Origin: Oceanispirochaeta sp.
GTDB taxonomy: Bacteria; Spirochaetota; Spirochaetia; DSM-2461
NCBI GenBank assembly: GCA_963663385.2
Contig: CAXXXD010000001.1
Span: forward strand, 160,001-224,000
Reading direction: 5' to 3'
Length of the DNA: 64,000 bases
The stretch's first letter is position 1; each line of letters opens with the position of its first letter. Of this stretch, positions 28,087-37,521 are shown piece after piece. The notes below the pieces were generated by a model, which saw only the letters and a list, made by a program, of their open reading frames with translations, did not search any database and had not been told where the DNA came from. The position numbers and the translations under genes are program-made.

Positions 28087-29000
28087 TGATTGTGAGTTTA
28101 TTATCCAGAGCAATGATGATGAGTACGCCGTTATTATTCGGATCCTTATCGGAAGTCTTTTCCGAAAGAACCGGCGTGATGGTTACTGCAATCGAGGGGA
28201 TCTTCCTGATGGGAGCCTGGGCGGGCTTTACTGCAACTTATTTAACCGGGAGTTTAGGCCTGGGAATACTTTTTTCAGCACTTTCCGGTTTATTAGTGGC
28301 CATCCTCTATGCCTTTATTGTTGTAACTTTGAAACAGCATCAAATCGTAACAGGAACAGCTATAAATATTCTGATCGTCGGTCTATGTTCATTTCTGCAG
28401 AGAGTGGTTTTCGGGGTTCCTCTATCGCCATTAACTGTCGAACCCTTAAAAAAACATGCAATCCCGCTGCTTTCAGAAATACCTCTATTAGGTCCGATAT
28501 TCTTCAATCAGAATATATTAACATATTCAATCTATGCACTTGTTCCCCTGGGATTTTTTATTCTCTATAAAACATCTCTCGGACTGGTAATCCGGTCTAC
28601 AGGTGAAAATCCGGAAGCCGTCGATGTATCGGGCATTAATGTATCAAAAGTCAGATTCTACACTGTTGCCGTTTCCGGCATAATGTGCGGTATTGCAGGA
28701 GCTTTCTACTCTATAGGCTATCTGGGAATGTTTACCACAAATATGATCGGCGGGAGAGGCTGGATCGCCTTTGCAATCTGCTTTCTGGGGAACTGGAATC
28801 CGGTAGGAGCCTTCATTGGAACGGTTATCTTTGGATTAGCCGAAGCATTTGCCATTTTAATGCAATCGAATTCAGCGACTATGCTGCCCAACGAACTGTT
28901 TATATCATTGCCGTATATACTGACGATAATACTGACAATAAGCAGGAAATCATTTAATGTTCCTTCCAGACTGGGAACGGCTTATATGAAAGAGAATTAA
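28086..29000 (+). CDS. nucleoside-type ABC permease 2
   Basis: SERTGV...IEG, GENPEA, GRGWIAFA..FLGNWNP, LPYILT. Confidence 0.93.
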   Translation: MIVSLLSRAMMMSTPLLFGSLSEVFSERTGVMVTAIEGIFLMGAWAGFTATYLTGSLGLGILFSALSGLLVAILYAFIVVTLKQHQIVTGTAINILIVGLCSFLQRVVFGVPLSPLTVEPLKKHAIPLLSEIPLLGPIFFNQNILTYSIYALVPLGFFILYKTSLGLVIRSTGENPEAVDVSGINVSKVRFYTVAVSGIMCGIAGAFYSIGYLGMFTTNMIGGRGWIAFAICFLGNWNPVGAFIGTVIFGLAEAFAILMQSNSATMLPNELFISLPYILTIILTISRKSFNVPSRLGTAYMKEN

Positions 29001-29010
29001 CAGGAAACAT

Positions 29011-29052
29011 CCCGGGCCTGGAATATTGTGATTTCACCAGACCCGGGTTTTT
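29011..29052. terminator. hairpin between convergent genes
   Basis: CCCGGG.CTGG ... CCAG.CCCGGG followed by a T run. Confidence 0.6.
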
Positions 29053-30298
29053 AACGCCGCAGGTTATTCAGCCTCTTCTGGGCTTCATCCAGGTAGGCAA
29101 GATCAACAGCTCCCTGTTTCAGGACAAGTTCCTGGAAAGCGTCGTCATAGACCTGTTTCACCTCACCCCAGGAAACATAGTCACTTCCGGGAACGCCGGA
29201 AACTATCCCGGTTTTCAGCACTTCGATTCCTTTGGCAATTATTTCGTCTTCTACAGAATCACCGAGTTTCTCCAGAGATTCGTTTATGGGAGGAATAAAC
29301 CCTCCCGTTCCTTTGGAAATGACAACGGCCCGTTCGGGCTGGGTCATGAATTCAATAAATTTAATTGCCAGGTCCTTATGGGGAGCGCCGTTCATAACAG
29401 CAAATCCACTGGCGCCGGCAATTGTCCCGATCCCTTTAGGACCTCTGGGAGCCGGAGCCAGAATAAAATCATCCGGAGCCTCCCGGTAAACCTCTCCCAC
29501 CCGGACCATATGGGCAACAGTCATCCAGATATCGCCGTTTCTCAGGGGGGGAGTCATATTGTCAAACTCATTGATTTTCGGGCTGTAGGCATCCCTCATC
29601 CGGACCATCTGCTCCCATCCCTTAACGGCTTCTGAAGAGTTTATGACTGGAAAATCCCCGCCATAGGACAGAAAAACGCCGCCGTACATATATATCAGGG
29701 ATTTCTGTGGAACGCCGGTTACACCGGCTTTGCCCTCCCCTTCTCCCCGGGAAACATTAATCGCCCACTGAACATAGTCCTCCCAGGAGAGATTCTGGGG
29801 ATCCGCACCCTCCGGTTTGTAAGGAAGGGCTTTTTTATTAATCAGCGTCAGATACACATCGCCCCCGATAGGAGCAAAATATGTTTTCCCTCCCGAAGAG
29901 ATCCTGAAACAGAACGCATTGGAAAAGGTACGGTCCGTCCACTCGTCAACCGGGAGAGGTATAACATACTCACTGCGGATCCAGTCAGACATGATCCCGT
30001 CGTGTACAATAACAACGTCTGTTGTCACCTTACCGGACTCCTTCTGGAACTGCGCTTTTTTCAAAAGGGAGTCATCATCCATAGTCTCGAACTTAACAAG
30101 ACAGTTATTGGCTTTCTCGAATTCCGGAAAAATCTCCTCCAGAAGGAATTTCTGTTCCTCGGGAGGACTGTAGAGTCTGGATTCCACAATCAGTTCGACA
30201 GGATCCGGTTTACCCTCGGTTTTTACTTTTTTCTGACAGGAGATCATAGCAATTACGGGTATTGATACCAGTGCAATTATTAAAAATCGATTCTTCAT
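29051..30298 (-). CDS. orphan CUT1-type sugar-binding lipoprotein
   Basis: Lipobox-like MISC, PEFEKANNC.V, APAPRGP, A.KFIEFMT.PE. Confidence 0.85.
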   Translation of the reverse strand: MKNRFLIIALVSIPVIAMISCQKKVKTEGKPDPVELIVESRLYSPPEEQKFLLEEIFPEFEKANNCLVKFETMDDDSLLKKAQFQKESGKVTTDVVIVHDGIMSDWIRSEYVIPLPVDEWTDRTFSNAFCFRISSGGKTYFAPIGGDVYLTLINKKALPYKPEGADPQNLSWEDYVQWAINVSRGEGEGKAGVTGVPQKSLIYMYGGVFLSYGGDFPVINSSEAVKGWEQMVRMRDAYSPKINEFDNMTPPLRNGDIWMTVAHMVRVGEVYREAPDDFILAPAPRGPKGIGTIAGASGFAVMNGAPHKDLAIKFIEFMTQPERAVVISKGTGGFIPPINESLEKLGDSVEDEIIAKGIEVLKTGIVSGVPGSDYVSWGEVKQVYDDAFQELVLKQGAVDLAYLDEAQKRLNNLRR

Positions 30299-30433
30299 TT
30301 CTCAAGGGCTCCCTCTAATCAGTAAAGAGTAAACTGAGTCAGTATAACTCATATATTATATACATAGACTTTTCACGGTTAAATAGAAATTTTAATTCAA
30401 ATTGATCAGTTTTACCGCTTTATGAAGTTAAAT

Positions 30434-31321
30434 TCACAAGAATTCCATAATTCTTTTGACTAACCGGTCGGCTCCGTCAAAGGGTCCTGAGTAGTTTCGG
30501 TTTGTATCAAGACGCCATTTCTGATTCTCAGCAGCCCTCTTCTGAGGCAGGTAGATAGTCGGAAGATTATAAAACCGGGTTTCATAGAAGAAGTTGTAGC
30601 CGCAGGCTCCGATAGCCAGATCCACGCCGGAAAGGTAGTGGGACAAAGGGAATATGCGATCCGCCCGTTCATCCAGATTGCTCAATTGAACGAGGTGATA
30701 CTCATTTGAATCGATATCAGCATCTGCCATTATTGTTTCCAGCTCCCCGGGCATCCCGTTATGGGCGGCCAGGGCCAGTTTCTTCCCGGCAGGGACCTCC
30801 AATGCATCCCGGATTATACCGGGCGGTTGTATATCCTCTTTTGTAACACCGATTACCGGTGGAACAGAGAGGGCATCCTCCAACTCGAATCCAGGTTCCA
30901 TATTGAAGACAAGATCATATTCTTCAGGATCAAACTTCAGAACAGTGCCATCCTTCAACGGCGGGGTTTGAAGCCAGATCGGCTCTATCTGACGGAAGAA
31001 AATAGCTTTTTTAGCCTTAAAATCCTGCAGGATGGGAATAAGGGGCAGCCAGAGATGATCCGAGAGTATGACATCCGGCTCCAGCTGTTTCAGATACTGA
31101 TAGAGCATGGTTTGCCGGTCATGCCGAAAGTAGAGACGGGGTTCCAGATCCATCCGGATGATTTCGAGGGTCTCATCGTCCAGAGGGACGAAGAGATCCG
31201 AATCGGTTAGGAGAGAGAACTGCAGGTCATCGCCGCAGGCTCTTCTACACGCCTGCCAGAGAGCCAGGCCGCCGAAGAGGTGGCCAGCTCCTTTACCGAA
31301 GTGGAGGGAGATTATGTTCAA
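30434..31321 (-). CDS. GT-B fold glycosyltransferase-like protein, copy A
   Basis: N-terminal GKGAGH, PDVILSD, C-terminal DLAIGACGYNFFYE..LPTIYLP.....ENQ resembling GT28/GT1 C-domain. Confidence 0.6.
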   Translation of the reverse strand: MNIISLHFGKGAGHLFGGLALWQACRRACGDDLQFSLLTDSDLFVPLDDETLEIIRMDLEPRLYFRHDRQTMLYQYLKQLEPDVILSDHLWLPLIPILQDFKAKKAIFFRQIEPIWLQTPPLKDGTVLKFDPEEYDLVFNMEPGFELEDALSVPPVIGVTKEDIQPPGIIRDALEVPAGKKLALAAHNGMPGELETIMADADIDSNEYHLVQLSNLDERADRIFPLSHYLSGVDLAIGACGYNFFYETRFYNLPTIYLPQKRAAENQKWRLDTNRNYSGPFDGADRLVKRIMEFL

Positions 31322-31327
31322 CCGAAA

Positions 31328-33247
31328 TCAGGCTCCCTCATTGTAAGAATAACGAAACATCTCCGAAGGACTGGAATTCGAATAGAAGCTGTATATATCA
31401 GCATTTGTATCTTCCGGACTATCCAGTCTGAACAGTCTCGTTTCAGTTAAATCCTCTACACAGTAAAAATAATATTTATTGTCAGGGAGCACTCCCATTG
31501 GATAAAAATAACGATATTTACCCTCTTCCGGTTCCTCAAAAGGAGATCCATAATGCTGCCAGGTACCATCTGACCGGGAAAAGTACCGGACACTACCATA
31601 CGCAGAAGTAGAATGATCTTCATAGACATTCAGACTAACATATATTGAATTCCATTTATGCATCCCCATAAGGTAATTATAATCAACATAGGAAGACAAG
31701 GAACCAGAAAGACCAATAAAATCATTAATATCTGAGGGTAATTCAGCAGAAAGAGACCATGAATTGTCTGAACTAAGATTCCATATTTTCTGTAGTACTT
31801 TATCAGCATCATCACCATTCCGACGATCCAGCCCCATAATAAACAAATCTCCATTAGCATCCTGAAAAGCACCATTTGTTACAAATGAATAAGTATCGGA
31901 GACTTCCCACTTATTAAGTACTAACTCGTTTGAAAAATCATATGTATAACATCCTCGCGATGTAGAGAGCAAAAGGGTTCCATCATTCAATAGGTCAATC
32001 TGTTGTACTGAGTATGTACTGTTTCCATAAAAGAAACCTGGATCTACATCAATCAAAGCTCCTGCATTATCATCCCATCCATCAAATCTCCAGAGACACC
32101 GCCTGCTGCTGCCGTCATCCAAAGTAACAAATATGTAAATTTTGTTATTCAGATAGTCACAAGTCATTGCATGTATATCATTAAAAGAAACTGAAGTACC
32201 ATGATTTGCATTAAATACATCTGTCAGGTTTTTTGTTACTTCATTGGTATTTGACATCTCCTGATTTCTATAAAGAACATACCCATTGGATCCACCGCCA
32301 TAAGCAGAAATATAATAGAAAATATACGGATCCAGATTCTTTACTGTCATGGCTGCAAGAGATTCTTCTGTTGAATAAATAGTTTTATCCAGAAACATAC
32401 TATTATAACTCAGGCGCACCTCGAAGGCATTTCCTGAAGAATAATTACTGTTCTGATAACTTACTCGGCCATTGGAATCCGAAACACCAGATGCTCCCTC
32501 TATAGGCAAACCTGTTACTGTATCAAAAACTTCAAAGGACGTCCCCGGCAGCGGATACAATTCACACCCCACCAGAAAATCCAGATAAATCTCATGAGAT
32601 GCCTTCAAAGTAAAATTCTCATGGTTTTGAAGAAGAGCCAGATTTGTCCGGGTCATATCGTAGTGATCCCCGCCTACATCGACGGAAAATACATTCACAT
32701 TGGAAGGATTCGCTGTCGAAACGGTCATGGAGAACTTGCCGGAAGCATCGGACGTTATGGGCTCGCCGCCCTTAACCAGAATGGTTGTACCGGGCAGAAG
32801 ATTATTATCCTTGTCATAAAGGGTTCCGGAAACCGTATAGTCAATTGCCTCCATAATCATGGTTCCCGTAGAGTTGGCCCCTTCGACAATATCTATGGTT
32901 TTGGTAGCCTCAGTCAGAATCAGATCATACTCGTCTATGCCGAGGGTAACCTTGACAACGACGTTACTGGCGACAGTAAGATCATCCACCTGTATGGTCA
33001 TCTCAGAATCTTCATTCCGGGGAAAGGTTGCCGTATCAACGAAACCATCGGGATAAGTAAGGGAGACCGTCAGCTCATCCGCTTCCGAATGGATCAGACG
33101 GGATGAATCCGATCCTTCAGTTTCGGGAAACCGGACTTTCATCTGCAGATAGGTCCCGTCTGATGTGGTCAAACCGAGGTCCCGCCCGCAGCCTGTTAGA
33201 GATAAGAGGAGAATAAGGGCCGAAAAAGCCCGGAGAATCACTTTCAT
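31328..33247 (-). CDS. large surface lipoprotein, copy A
   Basis: Lipobox LTGC; beta-rich N-terminal domains; Tyr/Asn/Asp-rich C-terminal domain. Confidence 0.8.
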   Translation of the reverse strand: MKVILRAFSALILLLSLTGCGRDLGLTTSDGTYLQMKVRFPETEGSDSSRLIHSEADELTVSLTYPDGFVDTATFPRNEDSEMTIQVDDLTVASNVVVKVTLGIDEYDLILTEATKTIDIVEGANSTGTMIMEAIDYTVSGTLYDKDNNLLPGTTILVKGGEPITSDASGKFSMTVSTANPSNVNVFSVDVGGDHYDMTRTNLALLQNHENFTLKASHEIYLDFLVGCELYPLPGTSFEVFDTVTGLPIEGASGVSDSNGRVSYQNSNYSSGNAFEVRLSYNSMFLDKTIYSTEESLAAMTVKNLDPYIFYYISAYGGGSNGYVLYRNQEMSNTNEVTKNLTDVFNANHGTSVSFNDIHAMTCDYLNNKIYIFVTLDDGSSRRCLWRFDGWDDNAGALIDVDPGFFYGNSTYSVQQIDLLNDGTLLLSTSRGCYTYDFSNELVLNKWEVSDTYSFVTNGAFQDANGDLFIMGLDRRNGDDADKVLQKIWNLSSDNSWSLSAELPSDINDFIGLSGSLSSYVDYNYLMGMHKWNSIYVSLNVYEDHSTSAYGSVRYFSRSDGTWQHYGSPFEEPEEGKYRYFYPMGVLPDNKYYFYCVEDLTETRLFRLDSPEDTNADIYSFYSNSSPSEMFRYSYNEGA

Positions 33248-33343
33248 AAAATTCCTTCCTGTAGAGAAATACAGAATAATAATACTGCAAGTTTCATTTT
33301 TACAAAAGATTTTTGGTGAAAAAGATAGCTATTTTATACAGAT

Positions 33344-34234
33344 TTACAGAATTTCCATTATCCGTTCTATCAATATATCGGCTCCGTCAAAAGGACCGGA
33401 ATAATCCCGATTGGTTTCATAACGCCAGACCGGGCTTTCGAAGGCCCTTTCGACAGGGATATAAACGGCAGGCAGGTTATAGAAACGGGTTTCGTAGAAA
33501 AAGTTATACCCGCAGGCACCGACGGCCAGATCCACACCGGAAAGGTAGTGGGAGAGAGGGAAGAGCCTGTCCGCGGCTTCGTTAATATTGCTCAAACTGC
33601 GCAGTTCATACTCATCGGGATCATAATCGGCCTGCCTTGTAAACTCTTCTATCTCCCCGGGCAGGCCGTTATGGGCGACCAGGAGCAGTTTCCTATTATC
33701 CGGAACATTCAGCACGTTTCGGATAATTCCGGGAGGTTTGATATCCTCTCCGGTCACACCGATTACCGGAGGCAGGCTTTCTGTTCCGGGGACCAGGAAG
33801 CCCGGTTCCATGGTGAAACTCAGATCATACTGACCGGGGTCGAACACCCGGACTGTCCCGTCGGGGAGCACGGGTGTTTTCAGCCAGGGCGGTTTAACAT
33901 GGCGGAAGAATATCACCTTTACCGCTTTAAAGTCTTCCAGGATAAAAGACAGGGGAAACCAGAGGTGGTCCACCAGAATCACATCCGGTTCTATCTGCTG
34001 AAGGAACTGATAGAGCATGGTGTCTCTTGGATTATCGAAAGCTTTCTGCGGTTCCAGCTTAAAGCGGACTATCTCCAGGGTCGTATCATCCAGAGGAACG
34101 GGCAGAGTTGTACTGGTCATAAGAAAAAAAGAGAAATGGTCTTTCAATTTCCGTTTATAAGCCTGCCAGAGGGCGAGTCCGCAGAAGAGGTGCCCGCCCC
34201 CCTTTCCGAAATGAACAGATGCGATTTTAAGCAA
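33344..34234 (-). CDS. GT-B fold glycosyltransferase-like protein, copy B
   Basis: Full-length paralog of 30434-31321. Confidence 0.6.
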   Translation of the reverse strand: MLKIASVHFGKGGGHLFCGLALWQAYKRKLKDHFSFFLMTSTTLPVPLDDTTLEIVRFKLEPQKAFDNPRDTMLYQFLQQIEPDVILVDHLWFPLSFILEDFKAVKVIFFRHVKPPWLKTPVLPDGTVRVFDPGQYDLSFTMEPGFLVPGTESLPPVIGVTGEDIKPPGIIRNVLNVPDNRKLLLVAHNGLPGEIEEFTRQADYDPDEYELRSLSNINEAADRLFPLSHYLSGVDLAVGACGYNFFYETRFYNLPAVYIPVERAFESPVWRYETNRDYSGPFDGADILIERIMEIL

Positions 34235-34254
34235 AAAACCTTCCTTGTACTCTA

Positions 34255-36204
34255 TCAGAGAGACGCACCGCTGGATTCATAGTAGTAATAATAGTACTGC
34301 ACCTCTCCGCTGCCGTCCAGGAGGTATTCATAGCTGTCTCCCGCTCCCGGAATACTGGTGGGGGTATCCATTTCAATCAGGAAGTTATTACCTCCGGACA
34401 CTTCCTCTACAAAGTAGAACCTGTTATTAGGCAGAACAGCCAGGGGGATGACATAATCCAGAGCATCGCTGTCCGGACTCTGCGACAGAGGGGTTCCCAC
34501 AACATCCCAGGTCGTTCCCGAACCGTCGAGGATAATGATTTCACCACCCGTCGACAGGCTATCCACAAAATCAGCCATAACAATCTGAGAATTCCACTCA
34601 TAGAGCCCCAGAGAGTACTCATAATTATAATAATACAGATATACATCCATCAAACCGGCCTGTCTGTCGGGGAAGGCATCATAGCCGGCAGGGATCGATG
34701 CCACTTCACTGAAACTGCCATCCGATAATAACTGCCAGACGGCAACGGTGTTTGCCGTGTCACCCGACGGCAGGATACTCCTGTCTACTCCCAAAACCTG
34801 AATTGTTCCATCGGATCGTTCAACAACACCATTTGATACAAATCCAAACTCAGATAAAGTTTCCCAGACACGGACAATAGAGCCGGAAACCACATCGCAC
34901 TGGAAGGTCCCGTATGTTGCAGCGACCAGGACATTTCCGTTAGACATAACCGCCATCTGGGGAATGGAGTAGGCACTGGAAGGAGACTGGATTCCTGTAA
35001 GCGTGAAGACATCTGTCACATCGATCAGATCCGGTGATGAATCGGTCCAGCCGTCATATACCAGCAGAGCGGAATAGTAGTTTGCCAAAACGCCATAATT
35101 GACATAGACAATGATCCGGCCGTTCACATAGTCCACAACCATATTGGATATCCGGATAAGATTGGAATTCGCAATATTTGTCTCTATATAATTCTCTATA
35201 TCGATCAAAGCCTCATTGGTCCCTGCTATATCTTCCATCCGGACAATATCATAATAGGGTCCGCCCATATCATTCGGATTCGAATCGGAATAGATTATAT
35301 AGGGCTGCAGGGTCATATCACTGATAAAGGCCCCCGGGGTTCCCGGCGTGATTGTCTCGGCAGGAACAAACACACCCTTGTAACTGACACTGACAGTATG
35401 CTCTCCCGTACCGGTTAACCCGGTTGTCTGCTGGTAGACAATCTGCCCCAGAGCATCGGCCGTACCGCTGGCCACTTCGGTCACACCCCCTTCCAGAACA
35501 CTCCAGGAAGCGCCGGCCAGGGGATACTGGTCACAGCTTACCATAAAATCCAGATAGATCTCCGGTGCCGTCTTCAGGGTAAAATCATCCCAGTCCTGCA
35601 GCAGGGCCAGATGGGTCCGTACAAAATCGAAGGTATCCCCGTTTACAACACGGATCATCTTCAGATCGTCAAGGTTTTCCGTATTGACGGCAAGGGTGAA
35701 ATTCCCGCCGGCATCGGTTGTGACATTAGCACCGTCCACGGTAAAAGTATTATTCGGAATGGGCTGATCGCTGCCGTCCACCAGGGTTCCCGATACGGTC
35801 AGATCATATACCTCCAGAGTCAGGGAAACAGAATTGGCCCCTTCTGTAATATCTTTCGTCCGGGATGCTTTAGTCAAAACCAGATCATAGGCGGCAATCC
35901 CCATGGTTACTTCGATGACCACTCCCGAAGCAACATCCAGATCCTCCACCTGCACGGTCATAATGGACTCTTCGTTTCTGGTGAACTCCGCTTCATAATA
36001 GGAGCCGTCGGGATAGGTCAGTTTAATTTTCAATTCATCTGATTGGGAATGAATCAGTCGGGAGCGCTCGGAGTTTCCGGACTCGGGGAACTGGAGAGTC
36101 ATGTTCAGGTATGTGCCGTCGGGATCGATTATCCCGTACTCTCTGGCGCAGCCGGCCAATACAAAAAGGATCAGAAGAATTATTCCCATCTTCTCTCTTT
36201 TCAT
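34255..36204 (-). CDS. large surface lipoprotein, copy B
   Basis: Lipobox LAGC; shares SRLIHS, LTYPDG and EIYLDF motifs with copy A. Confidence 0.8.
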   Translation of the reverse strand: MKREKMGIILLILFVLAGCAREYGIIDPDGTYLNMTLQFPESGNSERSRLIHSQSDELKIKLTYPDGSYYEAEFTRNEESIMTVQVEDLDVASGVVIEVTMGIAAYDLVLTKASRTKDITEGANSVSLTLEVYDLTVSGTLVDGSDQPIPNNTFTVDGANVTTDAGGNFTLAVNTENLDDLKMIRVVNGDTFDFVRTHLALLQDWDDFTLKTAPEIYLDFMVSCDQYPLAGASWSVLEGGVTEVASGTADALGQIVYQQTTGLTGTGEHTVSVSYKGVFVPAETITPGTPGAFISDMTLQPYIIYSDSNPNDMGGPYYDIVRMEDIAGTNEALIDIENYIETNIANSNLIRISNMVVDYVNGRIIVYVNYGVLANYYSALLVYDGWTDSSPDLIDVTDVFTLTGIQSPSSAYSIPQMAVMSNGNVLVAATYGTFQCDVVSGSIVRVWETLSEFGFVSNGVVERSDGTIQVLGVDRSILPSGDTANTVAVWQLLSDGSFSEVASIPAGYDAFPDRQAGLMDVYLYYYNYEYSLGLYEWNSQIVMADFVDSLSTGGEIIILDGSGTTWDVVGTPLSQSPDSDALDYVIPLAVLPNNRFYFVEEVSGGNNFLIEMDTPTSIPGAGDSYEYLLDGSGEVQYYYYYYESSGASL

Positions 36205-36297
36205 AATCAGCCTGCCTGTCAAAACATACTACTTTAAGCATACTACATTTTTATTCAGATTTCCGTTAATATGACCTAAACTTCATACAGGAGTATA

Positions 36298-37521
36298 TTG
36301 AATTTGACAAACCCCTTCCGGAACATCAGAAACGACTTTCCCATCCTGAATCAGAGCAGTTCTTCCAGAGTGATCTACCTGGACAATGCCGCCACAACTC
36401 ATAAACCCCAGGCCGTTCTGGATGCGATTACAGGTTATTACTCAAGCTGCAACGCCAATGTGTTCCGGGCCATCCATCAGTGGGGAGAGGAGTCCACCCG
36501 GCAGTATGAAGAAGCCCGGAGGAAGGTCTGCCGTTTTATAGGCGCATCGGATTCCGCGGAAATTATTTTTACTTCCGGAACCACTGACGCCATCAATCTG
36601 GCAGCGGACTCCTTCTGCCGCAGGTATTTAACGGAAGGGAACGAAATTCTCCTCACCGAAATGGAACATCACAGCAACATTGTTCCCTGGCAGCTGGCTG
36701 CCGAAAAATACGGGTGCGTTTTAAAGTATATCCCCGTTACCCAAACAGGAGAACTGGACCTAAAAGCTCTGGAAACACTATGGAGTAAAAAGACGAAGCT
36801 TCTGACCGTATGCCATATGTCCAACCTCCTGGGAACAGTCAATGACGTAAAGGATATAATACGGAAGGCCCACTCCCGGGGGATTCCCGTTCTTCTGGAT
36901 GCCGCCCAGAGCGTTCCCCATATGCCGGTGAATGTGCAGGATCTGGACTGTGATTTTATGGCTTTTTCCGGTCATAAAATGTGCGGCCCCACGGGGACAG
37001 GTGTTCTATACGGAAAAAGAGAGTACCTGGAAGAACTCCCCCCCTGGAAGGGCGGCGGAGAAATGATACGGAACGTTTTCCCGGACCATAGCGAATGGAA
37101 CAGCCTCCCCCACAAATTTGAAGCGGGAACACCCAATATTGCCGGGGCGATCGGACTGGGGGCGGCTGTGGATTATCTGGCACAGCTGGGAATGGTAAAC
37201 ATCCGGCAGAGGGAAGAGGCCCTTACCCGAAAGCTGTTGGAGGGCCTGCAGTCCATCCCGGAAATAACAGTTGTCGGAAGCCCGGAAATACGAGGAGGAA
37301 TTGTCTCTTTTCTCAGACAGGGATCCCACGCTCATGACCTGACCCAGTATATGGACAGCCGGGGGGTTGCCCTGAGAGCCGGGCATCACTGCGCCCATAT
37401 CCTGGCCAGGAAAATGGGCGCCCGGTCCACCTCCCGGGCCAGCCTCTACTTTTACAACACGGAAGAGGATATAGATGTTTTTTTAAAAGAACTGGAAAAC
37501 GCCGGGGAGCACCTTATTTAG
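36298..37521 (+). CDS. sufS: SufS-type cysteine desulfurase
   Basis: YLDNAATT.KP, EHHSNIVPW, FSGHKM.GPTG, RAGHHCA. Confidence 0.95.
   Translation: MNLTNPFRNIRNDFPILNQSSSSRVIYLDNAATTHKPQAVLDAITGYYSSCNANVFRAIHQWGEESTRQYEEARRKVCRFIGASDSAEIIFTSGTTDAINLAADSFCRRYLTEGNEILLTEMEHHSNIVPWQLAAEKYGCVLKYIPVTQTGELDLKALETLWSKKTKLLTVCHMSNLLGTVNDVKDIIRKAHSRGIPVLLDAAQSVPHMPVNVQDLDCDFMAFSGHKMCGPTGTGVLYGKREYLEELPPWKGGGEMIRNVFPDHSEWNSLPHKFEAGTPNIAGAIGLGAAVDYLAQLGMVNIRQREEALTRKLLEGLQSIPEITVVGSPEIRGGIVSFLRQGSHAHDLTQYMDSRGVALRAGHHCAHILARKMGARSTSRASLYFYNTEEDIDVFLKELENAGEHLI

Noticed and set aside
30434..36204. Diversity-generating retroelement or toxin-immunity array
   Set aside because: No reverse transcriptase or adenine-specific TR/VR pair; partner proteins are conserved and enzyme-like rather than variable immunity proteins.
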